From NCBI GenBank assembly GCA_040220235.1, contig JAVJTO010000088.1: a stretch of 64,000 nt of DNA, one strand, 5' to 3'. The position numbers were made by a program, and so were the translations under genes. The DNA comes from Coleofasciculus sp. B1-GNL1-01 (lineage in GTDB: Bacteria > Cyanobacteriota > Cyanobacteriia > Cyanobacteriales > Coleofasciculaceae). Of this stretch, positions 50,586-60,920 are shown piece after piece; position 1 is the stretch's first letter, and the number at the start of each line of letters is the position of its first letter. The notes under the pieces were generated by a model that was not told the DNA's origin, ran no database searches, and saw only the letters and a program-made list of their open reading frames with translations.

Positions 50586-52106
50586 ATGACCAACTCCCTC
50601 TCCGCATCCACAGAAGGATTAACCATTGTAGACCGAGCCAGGAAACGTCGGGGCTGGACGAAAACTAGCACCGCCTGTTGGTGGGAAGATGCACATACCT
50701 CTAGAGCTACCCTACGCCGCTTTTGGCGCGGGGAACGGATTCAACAGGATGCTTTTATTTCTATCTGTAAAGCTGTGGGGATCAGCGATTGGCAGGCGAT
50801 CGCACAATTCCCGGAACCCCTAAACCCTAATGTACCGAAACTCCCGTCTCCTCTGATTGATTGGGATGAAGCGCCGGATCTGGATCATTTCTATGGACGA
50901 ACTCAATCGTTAAATCAGTTAGAGGAATGGATTACTACAGATAATTGTAAACTCGTGGCAATCGTAGGCATGGGTGGGATTGGCAAAACCGCCCTCACCG
51001 TTGCTTTATGCGATCGCATCCAGTCGGAGTTTGATTGTCTCTTATGGCGATCGCTAACTTACCAACCCTCCTTGCTAACGCTACTCGACAGTATCCTGAA
51101 TACCTTTGAACCAACCATTGTTCAAGATATTCAGTCAGGAATCAGACAACTCAGACATCATCTACAACAACGTCGCTGTCTACTGGTTCTTGATGGATTT
51201 GATTCGGTGTTGCACCAGAAAGACAATATTGAGGACTACAGTAAATTGTGGCAAACCTTAAGCCGCAACCGCCATCAGAGTTGTATTCTAATCACCAGTC
51301 GCGAACAACTCCCCGGATTTGATGCGATCGCAGCTAACTCGAAAGGGGTTCGCTGTTTAAGGTTGCAAGGCTTAGAACAGGCTGATGCAATGGCATTACT
51401 GCAAACTGGCGGATTCACGGGTCAAGAACAGGGATTATCGGCTCTGTGCCAACTGTACCGGGGTAATCCATTGGCATTGAAAACCATAATACCGCTGATT
51501 CAGTCGATTTTTGCTGGGAATGTAAACGCATTTCGCCACCAGAATACTATCGTTGTAGGCGATCGCCTGGAAGCGTTACTCACCCAGCAATTCGACAGAT
51601 TGTCTGAATCTGAACGATCCATTGCCTACTGGCTAGCAATTTGGCAGGAACCCATCGCATTATGCCGATTACAAAGCCATTTGCTCTATGCTTCTGATCC
51701 GAGTGTCATTTTAACCGGGATTGCCGCTTTGGAGACGCGATCGCTCCTAGAAAAACGATTCAGTGCTGATACACCCTCGTTTACCCTGCAACCCATGGTG
51801 ATGAAAGTGGTAACGGATCGATTAATAGAACAAGCCGTTAGGGAAATTAATCAGGTTATCCAAAGCGATGATATCAGCCATCTGCACGTCTTGAGAACCC
51901 ACTGGCTAATGCGCCCCGGTACTGATGATATTGCAGGCGATCGCATTCTCTGTCAACTCCAGGAACAATTGTTTCGAGTGTATAGCAATTCTCTGTCTCA
52001 AACCCTGTTGCAACTTCTCTTTCGGCTACAGGATCACTCTCCTCAAATCGTGGGCTATGCCCGATGCAATCTCACAGCACTTGTGAAAAAATTAGATCTG
52101 GCGTGA
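50586..52106 (+). CDS. HTH-NB-ARC (STAND) protein without C-terminal repeats
   Basis: TSRATLRRFWRG HTH; DWDEAP..FYGR; GMGGIGKT; LLVLDG; ITSRE; GNPLAL. Confidence 0.88.
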   Translation: MTNSLSASTEGLTIVDRARKRRGWTKTSTACWWEDAHTSRATLRRFWRGERIQQDAFISICKAVGISDWQAIAQFPEPLNPNVPKLPSPLIDWDEAPDLDHFYGRTQSLNQLEEWITTDNCKLVAIVGMGGIGKTALTVALCDRIQSEFDCLLWRSLTYQPSLLTLLDSILNTFEPTIVQDIQSGIRQLRHHLQQRRCLLVLDGFDSVLHQKDNIEDYSKLWQTLSRNRHQSCILITSREQLPGFDAIAANSKGVRCLRLQGLEQADAMALLQTGGFTGQEQGLSALCQLYRGNPLALKTIIPLIQSIFAGNVNAFRHQNTIVVGDRLEALLTQQFDRLSESERSIAYWLAIWQEPIALCRLQSHLLYASDPSVILTGIAALETRSLLEKRFSADTPSFTLQPMVMKVVTDRLIEQAVREINQVIQSDDISHLHVLRTHWLMRPGTDDIAGDRILCQLQEQLFRVYSNSLSQTLLQLLFRLQDHSPQIVGYARCNLTALVKKLDLA

Positions 52107-52288
52107 ATTCCCAAAGCGGATTGGGTATAAGACCAATAAGCGGTACATTAAGCAGTTTACGTTTGATTTTTATTTAGCAAATTCCCCCGAAATACATAGA
52201 AGAATAACGGGGGTTTTATTTACAGTTTTTCCAGGTTTAATTGGGTAAACTTTTCCTTTTTTTTGGTGTAGTTTTCCGGACTTTGCTT

Positions 52289-53284
52289 TTAAGTGCGGGA
52301 GGGGGTATACAACTGTGCTACATATTCTCCATACCCGTTATAGGGAAGTGTTTCCCGTCTTTCCCAGGAAAAATCGGGTCCCTTGCCAATAAACTTTTCC
52401 GTTGCTTGAGACCAACGCGGGTGCGGCACATCCGGATTGACATTTGCCTCAAACTTGTACTCGTAAGGAATTAACGTATTCCAAAATGTCGCGGGTTGAG
52501 TCTCCACAAATTCAATCTTGACAATAGACTTAGCCCCCTTAAACCCATATTTCCATGGCACAACCTCTCGAATTGGTGCCCCATGCTGTTTCGGCAGAAA
52601 ATGACCGTAAATCCCCACGGCAAAAAATGCCAAATCATTCGCCATTTCCTCTACCGTTAATCCTTCGGTATAGGGCCACGGTAGTTTACCACTGAATGAC
52701 CACGCCGGACCGATTCTAATTTGAGGATCATCGAAAGACGTAAACCGGACAAATTTGGCTTTAGACGTGGGTTCCACCTCTTCCATTAATAATCGCATCG
52801 GAAATCCTAGCCATGGCAATACCATCGACCAGGCTTCGACACAACGGAAGCGATAGATGCGTTCTTCTAGGGGGAATTTTTTGCGTAAATCGTCTAAATC
52901 GTAGGTGCGGGGATTTTTCACCAATCCGGTGACTTCAACCGTCCACTCATCGGTGGGTAAGGCTTGGGCGGCTTGCCATATCGATTTGCCACTGCCAAAT
53001 TCATAGAAGTTATTATATTGTCCCGCTAGTAACTGATTGGTGATAGGGCGGTCAACATTCGCAAATGCGGGATTGGTGCTAAGGGGTTTGACCGTTGGTT
53101 GATTGAGGGTAGCGGCTAGTTCCTTATTGGTTTCCGAGTCAGAGGAGGCTTGACATCCCAGGATGGGGAGAATACTCGCACCGACTAGGGTTTTGAGAAA
53201 GCGACGCCGATTGAAGTAAACGGCTTCAGGCGTGATTTGGTTTTCGGGGATTTCCCAGGATTTGGGAACGCGGATAAGGGTCAT
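52289..53284 (-). CDS. msrP: Periplasmic methionine sulfoxide reductase catalytic subunit
   Basis: Tat motif RRRFLK, YNNFYEFG, RCVEAWSMV, PWKYGFK, HPRWSQATE. Confidence 0.95.
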   Translation of the reverse strand: MTLIRVPKSWEIPENQITPEAVYFNRRRFLKTLVGASILPILGCQASSDSETNKELAATLNQPTVKPLSTNPAFANVDRPITNQLLAGQYNNFYEFGSGKSIWQAAQALPTDEWTVEVTGLVKNPRTYDLDDLRKKFPLEERIYRFRCVEAWSMVLPWLGFPMRLLMEEVEPTSKAKFVRFTSFDDPQIRIGPAWSFSGKLPWPYTEGLTVEEMANDLAFFAVGIYGHFLPKQHGAPIREVVPWKYGFKGAKSIVKIEFVETQPATFWNTLIPYEYKFEANVNPDVPHPRWSQATEKFIGKGPDFSWERRETLPYNGYGEYVAQLYTPSRT

Positions 53285-53597
53285 TGGGAAACAAGGTTGA
53301 CGGCTGATGCGGCGGCGTGACTTGAAAGAACGCCTGTATACAAATCTTAACCTGTTTCCAGTCAAACGCTAAATAAGTGTTGGGGGAGATGGGGGAGATG
53401 GGGAAGATGGGGGAGATGGGGAAGATGGGGGAGATGGGGGAGCAATGATATATTTTCCCTGATAGCGGTGCAAGGGTATGAAAGGGTTTTACCTTATGTC
53501 CTTGAAGATGAGCCAATGTTCATGCTACTCAAAGCTTTTATATCTAAGGGTTTTGGAGTTGTGCAGTAAACCCGAAATAGAGAATGGGAACGGTTGT

Positions 53598-53624
53598 TGT
53601 AGTGCGAGCGTCTCGCTCGCTACT
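53598..53624 (-). repeat. Uninterrupted form of the hairpin that is interrupted inside MITE M1
   Basis: Reverse complement AGTAGCGAGCGAGACGCTCGCACTACA. Confidence 0.75.
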
Positions 53625-53765
53625 TTGTATGAATTTTTATCTATTGAGGCAAATTGGCTGGCACTAAATAAACCTTATAATTGCCTTTAAAACCTTTATT
53701 TTTAAGGGGTTCCAGTTCTTGCAGCAAACCCTAATTAATCGTTTACGCTTCTACTTTTCTATACA

Positions 53766-53914
53766 TAACAACAACACTCAACCTGCTCTCTGAGTGACTT
53801 CCTCTGTGTAATTAATCCTAAATAGAGTTGCTCTAAATTCGATAATTCAGATGCATTGCTCCCTACATTTCTAGTTAGAGGATGTATCAGTCTTCGCGTT
53901 GAGTGTTGCTGTTA
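53766..53914 (-). mobile_element. MITE family M5
   Basis: 17-bp TIR TAACARCAACACTCAAC; homologous to 14484-14633. Confidence 0.8.
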
Positions 53915-54205
53915 GAAGTTGTGTCTCGGATAAGACAGATATTAGATTTAACAGAGTTTTAGACTTCCCTCCTTTCTGGTTTTTCAAGTGACATTAATAT
54001 CTGTCATTGAAGCTTTCTCTTTCGCTTCAATTACTAATTTACTACTCTCTCAGAAAAGTACAACCCTTTGCAACGCTTTTTAATGTTTCTTTTCTTTCCA
54101 TAACTTATAGACACATAAGTTTAAATTGGTGAGAGTAGCGACTTGTAAGGGTTTGAGTAAAATTCACAGAACTTAACATGGTTCAGTTTATTTCCACCGA
54201 CCTAC

Positions 54206-54922
54206 TTAATTCTCAAATGGCTGCAAAGAAAAGCTTTGCACTAACGTGGTTTTGACGACATCCTCGTGAGTCGGTTGCAGCATATCTAGCAGAACCACGA
54301 TATTACTACGGTTAGGAGATAGCCGCACCTCTCGAATCCGATAGCCTTTCACGGCATCACGGTAGTTGTTCAAAGTACCCAGAGTTAAGCGCTGATTCTG
54401 ATAGTTGATGATTAAGCGCATGGACGCCCGTTCGACTGGAGACGTACCTCCAGATAAGACGGAGGGGATACGCCTTTGTTCTAGACGCAGTTGTAACGGC
54501 TGGTTCTTTAAGCGAAATGTAACAGTTTCGCTGTCATCCGGCTGACGGGTGCTATCGATGACAGGGAGTTTAATGCCAACTTTCAGCCGATTCAGTCCTA
54601 AATCTTGTCGGAGGGTTACTGTATCTTGCAGCAAGTCGTTTTCAGCCGCTTGATTGCTGAGACTATAGGCATCGCGATTATAGTCTGTTCGCAGACAACC
54701 ATTTCTGACACAGGAATTATTGGGGATATTGATAATTTGCAGATGAGCCGTGGGAACTTCTGTTACTGAATCCCGGTAACTTTCTAGATGAATATAATGG
54801 CGATTATCAGGGGAGAATCCAGCTAAGCGAACCGAGGTGTTGAGTATGGCTGCATATCCAGGGTTGAGGAACAGGATCACACTAGCTGCGATCGCGGAAG
54901 ACCCAAGTGATACAATTTTCAT
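54206..54922 (-). CDS. Exported protein, DUF2259-like
   Basis: Signal peptide, GFSPD..Y motif. Confidence 0.65.
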   Translation of the reverse strand: MKIVSLGSSAIAASVILFLNPGYAAILNTSVRLAGFSPDNRHYIHLESYRDSVTEVPTAHLQIINIPNNSCVRNGCLRTDYNRDAYSLSNQAAENDLLQDTVTLRQDLGLNRLKVGIKLPVIDSTRQPDDSETVTFRLKNQPLQLRLEQRRIPSVLSGGTSPVERASMRLIINYQNQRLTLGTLNNYRDAVKGYRIREVRLSPNRSNIVVLLDMLQPTHEDVVKTTLVQSFSLQPFEN

Positions 54923-55063
54923 AATAAGTAGGTGGAGACAACTAAAGTTAATGGCGGGGATTGTCTTATGTCTTATGTCTTATGTCATACTCGTGAAGTG
55001 CCAAGCCAGCTAGGTTTATGTAAGAGTTTGAGAACTCTTTACGACACAATTTGATTCTGGATT

Positions 55064-55993
55064 TTAATTGAACTGAGACTGGAGGGCGACGGCGGCTTCT
55101 GCTAGCGCTTCTCGACCTTGATCTAGAAGGTGTGCCATGCCAATAAAGCCATGAATTGTACCATCATAGCGAGTTATTCTTACAGGTACACCCGCTTTTT
55201 GCAAGCGAATCCCATAGGCTTCTCCTTCATCTCGTAGGGGATCATATTCAGCCGTGATAATTAGGGCTGGGGGTAAGTTACTCAAATCGTCCGCCAGTAA
55301 CGGTGAAGCCTGGGGATTTTGTCCATCGGCGGCTGATGGGAGGTAATGATGCCAAAACCAAACTAATAACTCGGTGGTTAACAGGTAATCTTTGCCATTT
55401 TGCCGATGGGAGTCGGTGTCAAAGCCATACTGAGTCGCGGGATAAAATAGCACTTGATAACTTAAGCTAGGAAAGTTGCGATCGCGTGACAGTAAGGCGA
55501 CAACGGCGGCTAAGTTTCCGCCAGCGCTATCTCCACCAACAGCAATGCGTTTGGGATCACCGTGGAATGACGCCGCATTTTTAGCCACCCATTCCGTAGC
55601 GGTATACGTATCCTCTACGGCGGCGGGAAACTTATGTTCGGGTGCGAGACGGTAATCCACAGACACAACAATACATCCCGCTTGATTTGCCAAGGTGCGA
55701 CAGATACTATCCACCGCATCCAAGCTACCGATAACCCAACCACCACCGTGGAAAAATACCAGAACCGGAAAGGGTGGGTTTCCGGCGGGTGTATAAATTC
55801 GGATCGGAATATCTACCGTAGAACCCGGAATGGTACGATTGTCCACCGAGGCGACAGGTTCAGGTTTATGGGAAAATTGATCCGCCTGTGCTGCTTGTTC
55901 TCTCGCCGGGATGGGGTCAAGTTCATTTAGGGGAGGCAATCCTGATTGTTTAATTTGGTCTAATACTATTTGGGTTTGGGCATTCAGTGGCAT
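55064..55993 (-). CDS. HSL-family alpha/beta hydrolase (esterase)
   Basis: HGGGW, YRLAPEH, GDSAGG, DPLRDEG, HGF. Confidence 0.93.
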   Translation of the reverse strand: MPLNAQTQIVLDQIKQSGLPPLNELDPIPAREQAAQADQFSHKPEPVASVDNRTIPGSTVDIPIRIYTPAGNPPFPVLVFFHGGGWVIGSLDAVDSICRTLANQAGCIVVSVDYRLAPEHKFPAAVEDTYTATEWVAKNAASFHGDPKRIAVGGDSAGGNLAAVVALLSRDRNFPSLSYQVLFYPATQYGFDTDSHRQNGKDYLLTTELLVWFWHHYLPSAADGQNPQASPLLADDLSNLPPALIITAEYDPLRDEGEAYGIRLQKAGVPVRITRYDGTIHGFIGMAHLLDQGREALAEAAVALQSQFN

Positions 55994-56034
55994 AATTAAT
56001 TGGCTATTAAATTGGATAGACTGATGATTAAAGG

Positions 56035-56171
56035 TAGTGGCGTGGCACACCTTATTTGGTAGATTATATTCGGCTTGTAGTAAGGGCTTCAGCCCTATCT
56101 TTTGTTGGGTTGAGCGAAGTCGAAACCCAACCTACAACCTATTCCACTATTTTAGCTGTGTCACGCCAGTA
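56035..56171. mobile_element. MITE family M4 carrying two small hairpins
   Basis: TAGTGGCGTGGCACA / TGTGTCACGCCAGTA TIRs. Confidence 0.7.
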
Positions 56172-56325
56172 GGTTTTGTTGAGGCGTTATTGGTGAGGAA
56201 GGGCGGGTTTTGTTGAGGCGTTATTGGTGAGTGAGGGCGGGTTTTGCTGAGACGTTATCGGTGACAAGATAATTGAGTTCCTAAACCCGCCCCTACAATT
56301 GTTCCTAAACCCGTCCCTACAATTG
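56171..56325 (-). repeat. Family A element with both arms tandemly duplicated
   Basis: GGTTTTG..GAG.CGTTAT.GGTGA x3 and CCTAAACCCGYCCCTACAATTG x2. Confidence 0.85.
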
Positions 56326-56343
56326 ATGTATGATTTATGAATT

Positions 56344-57462
56344 ATGATGTATAAACCAACAATCTGTATTACATTAGGTACTCGTCCAGAGGCGATTAAA
56401 CTTGCACCCGTGATCCAACAGTTTCAAGCCTGTGATCAGTTTCAGACTCAGGTGATTTTGACGGGTCAACATCGGGAAATGGTCGATCAGGTGATGCGGC
56501 TATTTCAACTTAAAGCTGACCGCGATTTAGCAATTATGCAAGCCAAGCAAACGCTGACCGATATTACCTGTCGAAGTTTGCGAGGATTGGAGGAGTTATT
56601 TGCTGAGATTAACCCACAGTTGGTGATTGTACAAGGGGATACGACGACAGCATTTGCGGCAACTTTAGCGGCATTTTACCAAAAGATTCCTGTGGGTCAT
56701 GTGGAAGCAGGGTTACGAACGGATGATTTGTTTAATCCCTATCCCGAAGAAGCGAATCGGCGGTTGATTTCTCAGTTAGCCCAACTGAATTTTGCGCCGA
56801 CTGCTAAGGCGGTGGAGAATCTCAAAACGTCGGGGATTGTGGGCGAGATTCATCAAACTGGAAACACGGTGATTGATGCGTTACTAACCGTAGCCAAGCA
56901 GGAACCTGAATGTCCGGTTCCAGGGTTAGAATGGGACAAGTATCGGGTGTTGTTAGCCACGGTTCATCGTCGCGAAAACTGGGGTAAACCGTTAGCAGAT
57001 ATTGCCCAAGCGTTTATTCAACTGTTGGATCAGTTTCCGGATACGGCGTTATTGTTACCGTTACACCGAAATCCGACGGTTAGAGAACCCCTGAAACAAG
57101 TATTAGGTAAACATCCGCGAGTCTTTTTGACCGAACCTTTAGATTATGGCGAATTAGTGGGCGCGATCGCACGGTGTTATCTGTTGCTGACGGATTCGGG
57201 GGGATTGCAGGAGGAAGCGCCAAGTTTGGGTAAACCCGTGTTAGTGTTGCGGGAAACCACGGAACGCCCCGAGGCGATTGAGGCGGGAACCGCGAAGTTG
57301 GTGGGAACGAATCCGAGTCAAGTTGTCGCTGTAGCCAGTGAATTACTCGGAGAGGCTAAGGCGTATCAAGTGATGGCTACCGCCGTTAATCCTTTTGGGG
57401 ATGGGTACGCCGCCGAACGGATTTTGCAAGTTGTTAAAGGGTATTTGTTAGGGACAGGTTGA
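56344..57462 (+). CDS. wecB: UDP-N-acetylglucosamine 2-epimerase (non-hydrolysing)
   Basis: GTRPEAIK, QGDTTT, HVEAGLR, DSGGLQEEAP. Confidence 0.96.
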   Translation: MMYKPTICITLGTRPEAIKLAPVIQQFQACDQFQTQVILTGQHREMVDQVMRLFQLKADRDLAIMQAKQTLTDITCRSLRGLEELFAEINPQLVIVQGDTTTAFAATLAAFYQKIPVGHVEAGLRTDDLFNPYPEEANRRLISQLAQLNFAPTAKAVENLKTSGIVGEIHQTGNTVIDALLTVAKQEPECPVPGLEWDKYRVLLATVHRRENWGKPLADIAQAFIQLLDQFPDTALLLPLHRNPTVREPLKQVLGKHPRVFLTEPLDYGELVGAIARCYLLLTDSGGLQEEAPSLGKPVLVLRETTERPEAIEAGTAKLVGTNPSQVVAVASELLGEAKAYQVMATAVNPFGDGYAAERILQVVKGYLLGTG

Positions 57463-57576
57463 GGTACTGTAGGGGCGGGTTTAGGGAGTAACGCTACTTA
57501 AGCAGCCGACAACTGAGCAACAAAACCCGCCCTGACCCCGTTGAAACTGATAGTTTTTCACCTTTGTCAGTCCCAA

Positions 57577-57701
57577 CACCCGCCAAGAACTCAAGTTCTT
57601 GGCTGATAGCTTAAGTCCATTAAAATGGACTAAACTTAGAAATATAGTCGGTCTTTAGACGAATGCAAGCTTTTGGTTCTTTGGGTTAAAACCAAAGGCG
57701 G
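57577..57701 (+). mobile_element. Family D multi-hairpin element
   Basis: Homologous to 45361-45482. Confidence 0.85.
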
Positions 57702-57766
57702 TTGGCGAGACTAAGAATTAACCAACAGGATCATTTATTTCCCAGCTAGACTGCTGATAGAGTTAA

Positions 57767-58315
<549 letters not shown>

Positions 58316-58392
58316 CCAGGGATTCTAAAAGCAGTAAATATTCAACCGGACATGATAGAAGGACAGGCTAAAGTTCCCTTACTACCAACCCA

Positions 58393-59034
58393 TCACAATA
58401 ACCACGTTTTCTTCGCAAAATCCGCAGGCTTTTCACTTTCCCGTTGAATCGGTCGTCCGATAGGGCGGGTGGGAGTTCTAGCGGGAGGACGTTTGCTTTC
58501 CACGGGTGGCGCGGGTTCTATCGGTCGCTTTTGTGTGGCTTTGAGGGATTCATTCTCTTGTTTAAGACTCTCCACTTCTTGCATCAATTTCTCATTGGCT
58601 TGGGCAAGTTGAACAGCGGCTTTTTTGGCGTCCTCAAACTCACTCTTTAAATGGTCGAGTTTCTTTAATTCATTTTGCAAATTTTCAACGGATTCGTGTT
58701 GCTGTTGTAATTGGGCTTCTAACTCGGTAATTTGTTCCTTTAACTGTTGTTCTCGTTCCTCAGCTTGGGCTAAACTATCTTTTAAATTAACAACAGTGGT
58801 TTCTTGTTGTTGGGCTTCTTCGAGTGCCTGTCTCAATTCCGCAACCGTAGCTTCAAGATCAGCTTTGGTGGGAGTTGAAGATTTACTGGTACTGGTTCTC
58901 CGGCGGGTTGCCATGGTTGATTCGTCCTCTGTTTCTGTATTCGGTTCGTTAGACTCTTCAATAAATTGCTGATGGGAAGATGGCGACTTTTCCACCTCTT
59001 CCCGCAATAAATCCGTTAACTTTTTTTTGGTCAT
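58393..59034 (-). CDS. Coiled-coil protein translationally coupled to the parA-like gene
   Basis: TAATG stop-start overlap; [15 protein letters not shown]-terminus; long heptad region. Confidence 0.8.
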   Translation of the reverse strand: MTKKKLTDLLREEVEKSPSSHQQFIEESNEPNTETEDESTMATRRRTSTSKSSTPTKADLEATVAELRQALEEAQQQETTVVNLKDSLAQAEEREQQLKEQITELEAQLQQQHESVENLQNELKKLDHLKSEFEDAKKAAVQLAQANEKLMQEVESLKQENESLKATQKRPIEPAPPVESKRPPARTPTRPIGRPIQRESEKPADFAKKTWLL

Positions 59035-59666
59035 TAGCACCCCCAATGATGGTGTAGTTCATCCGCCACCCGGCGATAATCGGCTTGGGCTTCACGGGCA
59101 TTTTCTCCGCCCAATTGAGTAATCGGTATCCCCTGCAAGGCGGCGCGTTCGTGGGCTTTGTACGTCCGAATAAACGTCCCGAATGCGGGAACACCAAGTT
59201 CTCGGAGTGTGGTTTGCGCCTCTAACGCTTCCCGACGACTGCGAGAGTCTACCCGAGTTAACAATACCCGATGGGCGGTTCCCACTGGCGCGATCGCCCG
59301 CCGTACTGTTTCCATTAAAACCGCTAAGTCCATCGGTGCGGGAGGTGTGGGTAAAACTATATAATCTGCGATCGCGACTACCGCAGTCAAGGCGTCTGAA
59401 CGCAGGGCGGGCGGTGTATCTACAACAGTTAATTCGTAGTCTTTCAGGGTTTGTAGGCGACTCAAGAGTTGAGGATTGGTTTCTTGGGCGATATCAAACC
59501 CGATTTCCCCCTCACTTCGTTCTACCCACCAACTGGCTGAACCTTGGGGATCAGTATCTACTAACAAAACCTGTTTTTTTTCCGCAAGTACGGCGGCTAA
59601 GTTGACTGAGGTTGTGGTTTTGCCTACCCCTCCTTTTCCATTAATAATAGCGATTATTTTGGTCAT
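59034..59666 (-). CDS. parA: ParA family ATPase (short type)
   Basis: [19 protein letters not shown]. Confidence 0.9.
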   Translation of the reverse strand: MTKIIAIINGKGGVGKTTTSVNLAAVLAEKKQVLLVDTDPQGSASWWVERSEGEIGFDIAQETNPQLLSRLQTLKDYELTVVDTPPALRSDALTAVVAIADYIVLPTPPAPMDLAVLMETVRRAIAPVGTAHRVLLTRVDSRSRREALEAQTTLRELGVPAFGTFIRTYKAHERAALQGIPITQLGGENAREAQADYRRVADELHHHWGC

Positions 59667-59805
59667 TTGTCATTGGTCATTCGTCATTCGTCATCCTCGC
59701 GAAGCGAGAAGCAAGCTACGTCTTAGGGTCAGGGCGGGTTTTGTATAAACGTTATCATCAATAGCGAAACGTGATTCCCTAAACCCGCCCCTACACATTC
59801 AACAT

Positions 59806-59946
59806 TTATACCGCTTCCGGTAAGGCTCCTTTCATCTTGCTTAACCAGTCGATTAAATTCTCTAACTGTTTATTGGCGTTGAGAACTCCTAATCCCCATA
59901 CTGTTACTTTACCAGAAGAATAGACAAAGCGCGATCGCAAATGTTC
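59806..59946 (-). repeat. Displaced copy of the last 141 bp of mfd
   Basis: 131/141 identical to 60921-61061 by manual alignment. Confidence 0.95.
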
Positions 59947-60112
59947 ATTGAATTAGAGATGTCTGAGTTACTTGACGAAGCTGCTAAAGGATTTGCCGTT
60001 GCTAAACCACCTGTTCATCATTGTATAATTGTACTGATCCCATTTCCAGTTCACCAAGCATCGCTATTTTGCAGCCTGTTAGTATTTTTTGTGAATCGTG
60101 GAGGTAAATCCT

Positions 60113-60370
60113 ATGGAAGCCAACCTGAATAGCACGCTTGGAGATCTAAAGCAAATTATACAGCACCTTTCGATTAGCGAGCGTTGGGTATTACTGAAGT
60201 GGTTAGTCGAATTGCTACAACAAGAACCTTACAATCAGCAGAAAGAGAATATAAAAATCAATTTTAGTGCAGTTCATCAAATTTGTGATGAGATTAGAAG
60301 TCTACCTGTTCTTGACAACCGATCTCCTGAGGAAATCATTGGCTATAATGAGTTTGGAGGATTGGATTAG
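60113..60370 (+). CDS. VapB-type antitoxin
   Basis: LPVLDNRSPEEIIGYNEFG C-terminus; 1-nt overlap with the PIN gene. Confidence 0.82.
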   Translation: MEANLNSTLGDLKQIIQHLSISERWVLLKWLVELLQQEPYNQQKENIKINFSAVHQICDEIRSLPVLDNRSPEEIIGYNEFGGLD

Positions 60371-60756
60371 TGGTAATAGATCCTTCTGCTATTCTGGCAA
60401 TTATCTATGCTGAACCTGAAGAAGCAAAATTTTTAGACCTCATTGATCAGAGTGAAAACCGCCTTCTTTCTTCCCCTAGCTATGTTGAAATATCGATTGT
60501 TTTAGGCACTCGGCATGGTGAACAAGGCGTCAAAAAGTTAAATCGGTTAATCGACGAATTATCAATTGTTATAGTACCGTTCAGTCGAGAACAAGCAAGA
60601 TTAGCGACTGAAGCTTTCTTAAAGTTTGGTAAAGGTCGTCATCCAGCAAAGTTGAATATGGGAGATTGCTTTTCTTATGCCTTAGCAAAGGCGATGAGTC
60701 AACCTTTGCTTTTCAAAGGTAATGACTTCATCCAAACTGATATTGATAAGGCATAA
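60370..60756 (+). CDS. vapC: VapC PIN toxin
   Basis: MVIDPSAILAI..EPE, GKGRHPAKLNMGDCFSYALA, LLFKGNDF. Confidence 0.93.
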   Translation: MVIDPSAILAIIYAEPEEAKFLDLIDQSENRLLSSPSYVEISIVLGTRHGEQGVKKLNRLIDELSIVIVPFSREQARLATEAFLKFGKGRHPAKLNMGDCFSYALAKAMSQPLLFKGNDFIQTDIDKA

Positions 60757-60881
60757 GCTGTAATGCATTTAAATTGGGTATTAGTAGCGAGCAAGATGCA
60801 AAGCCTGCGGCATGGCTTCGCTAAACGCACTACAAGGATTGCGCCATTATTGATATTAAGGTTTAAATGCCGAACAGCTTA
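60754..60881 (+). mobile_element. MITE M1, complete
   Basis: TIRs and TA duplication; inserted at the vapC stop codon. Confidence 0.92.
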
Positions 60882-60920
60882 ACGATATCTCCCCCATCTT
60901 CCCCATCTTCTCCAACTCCC

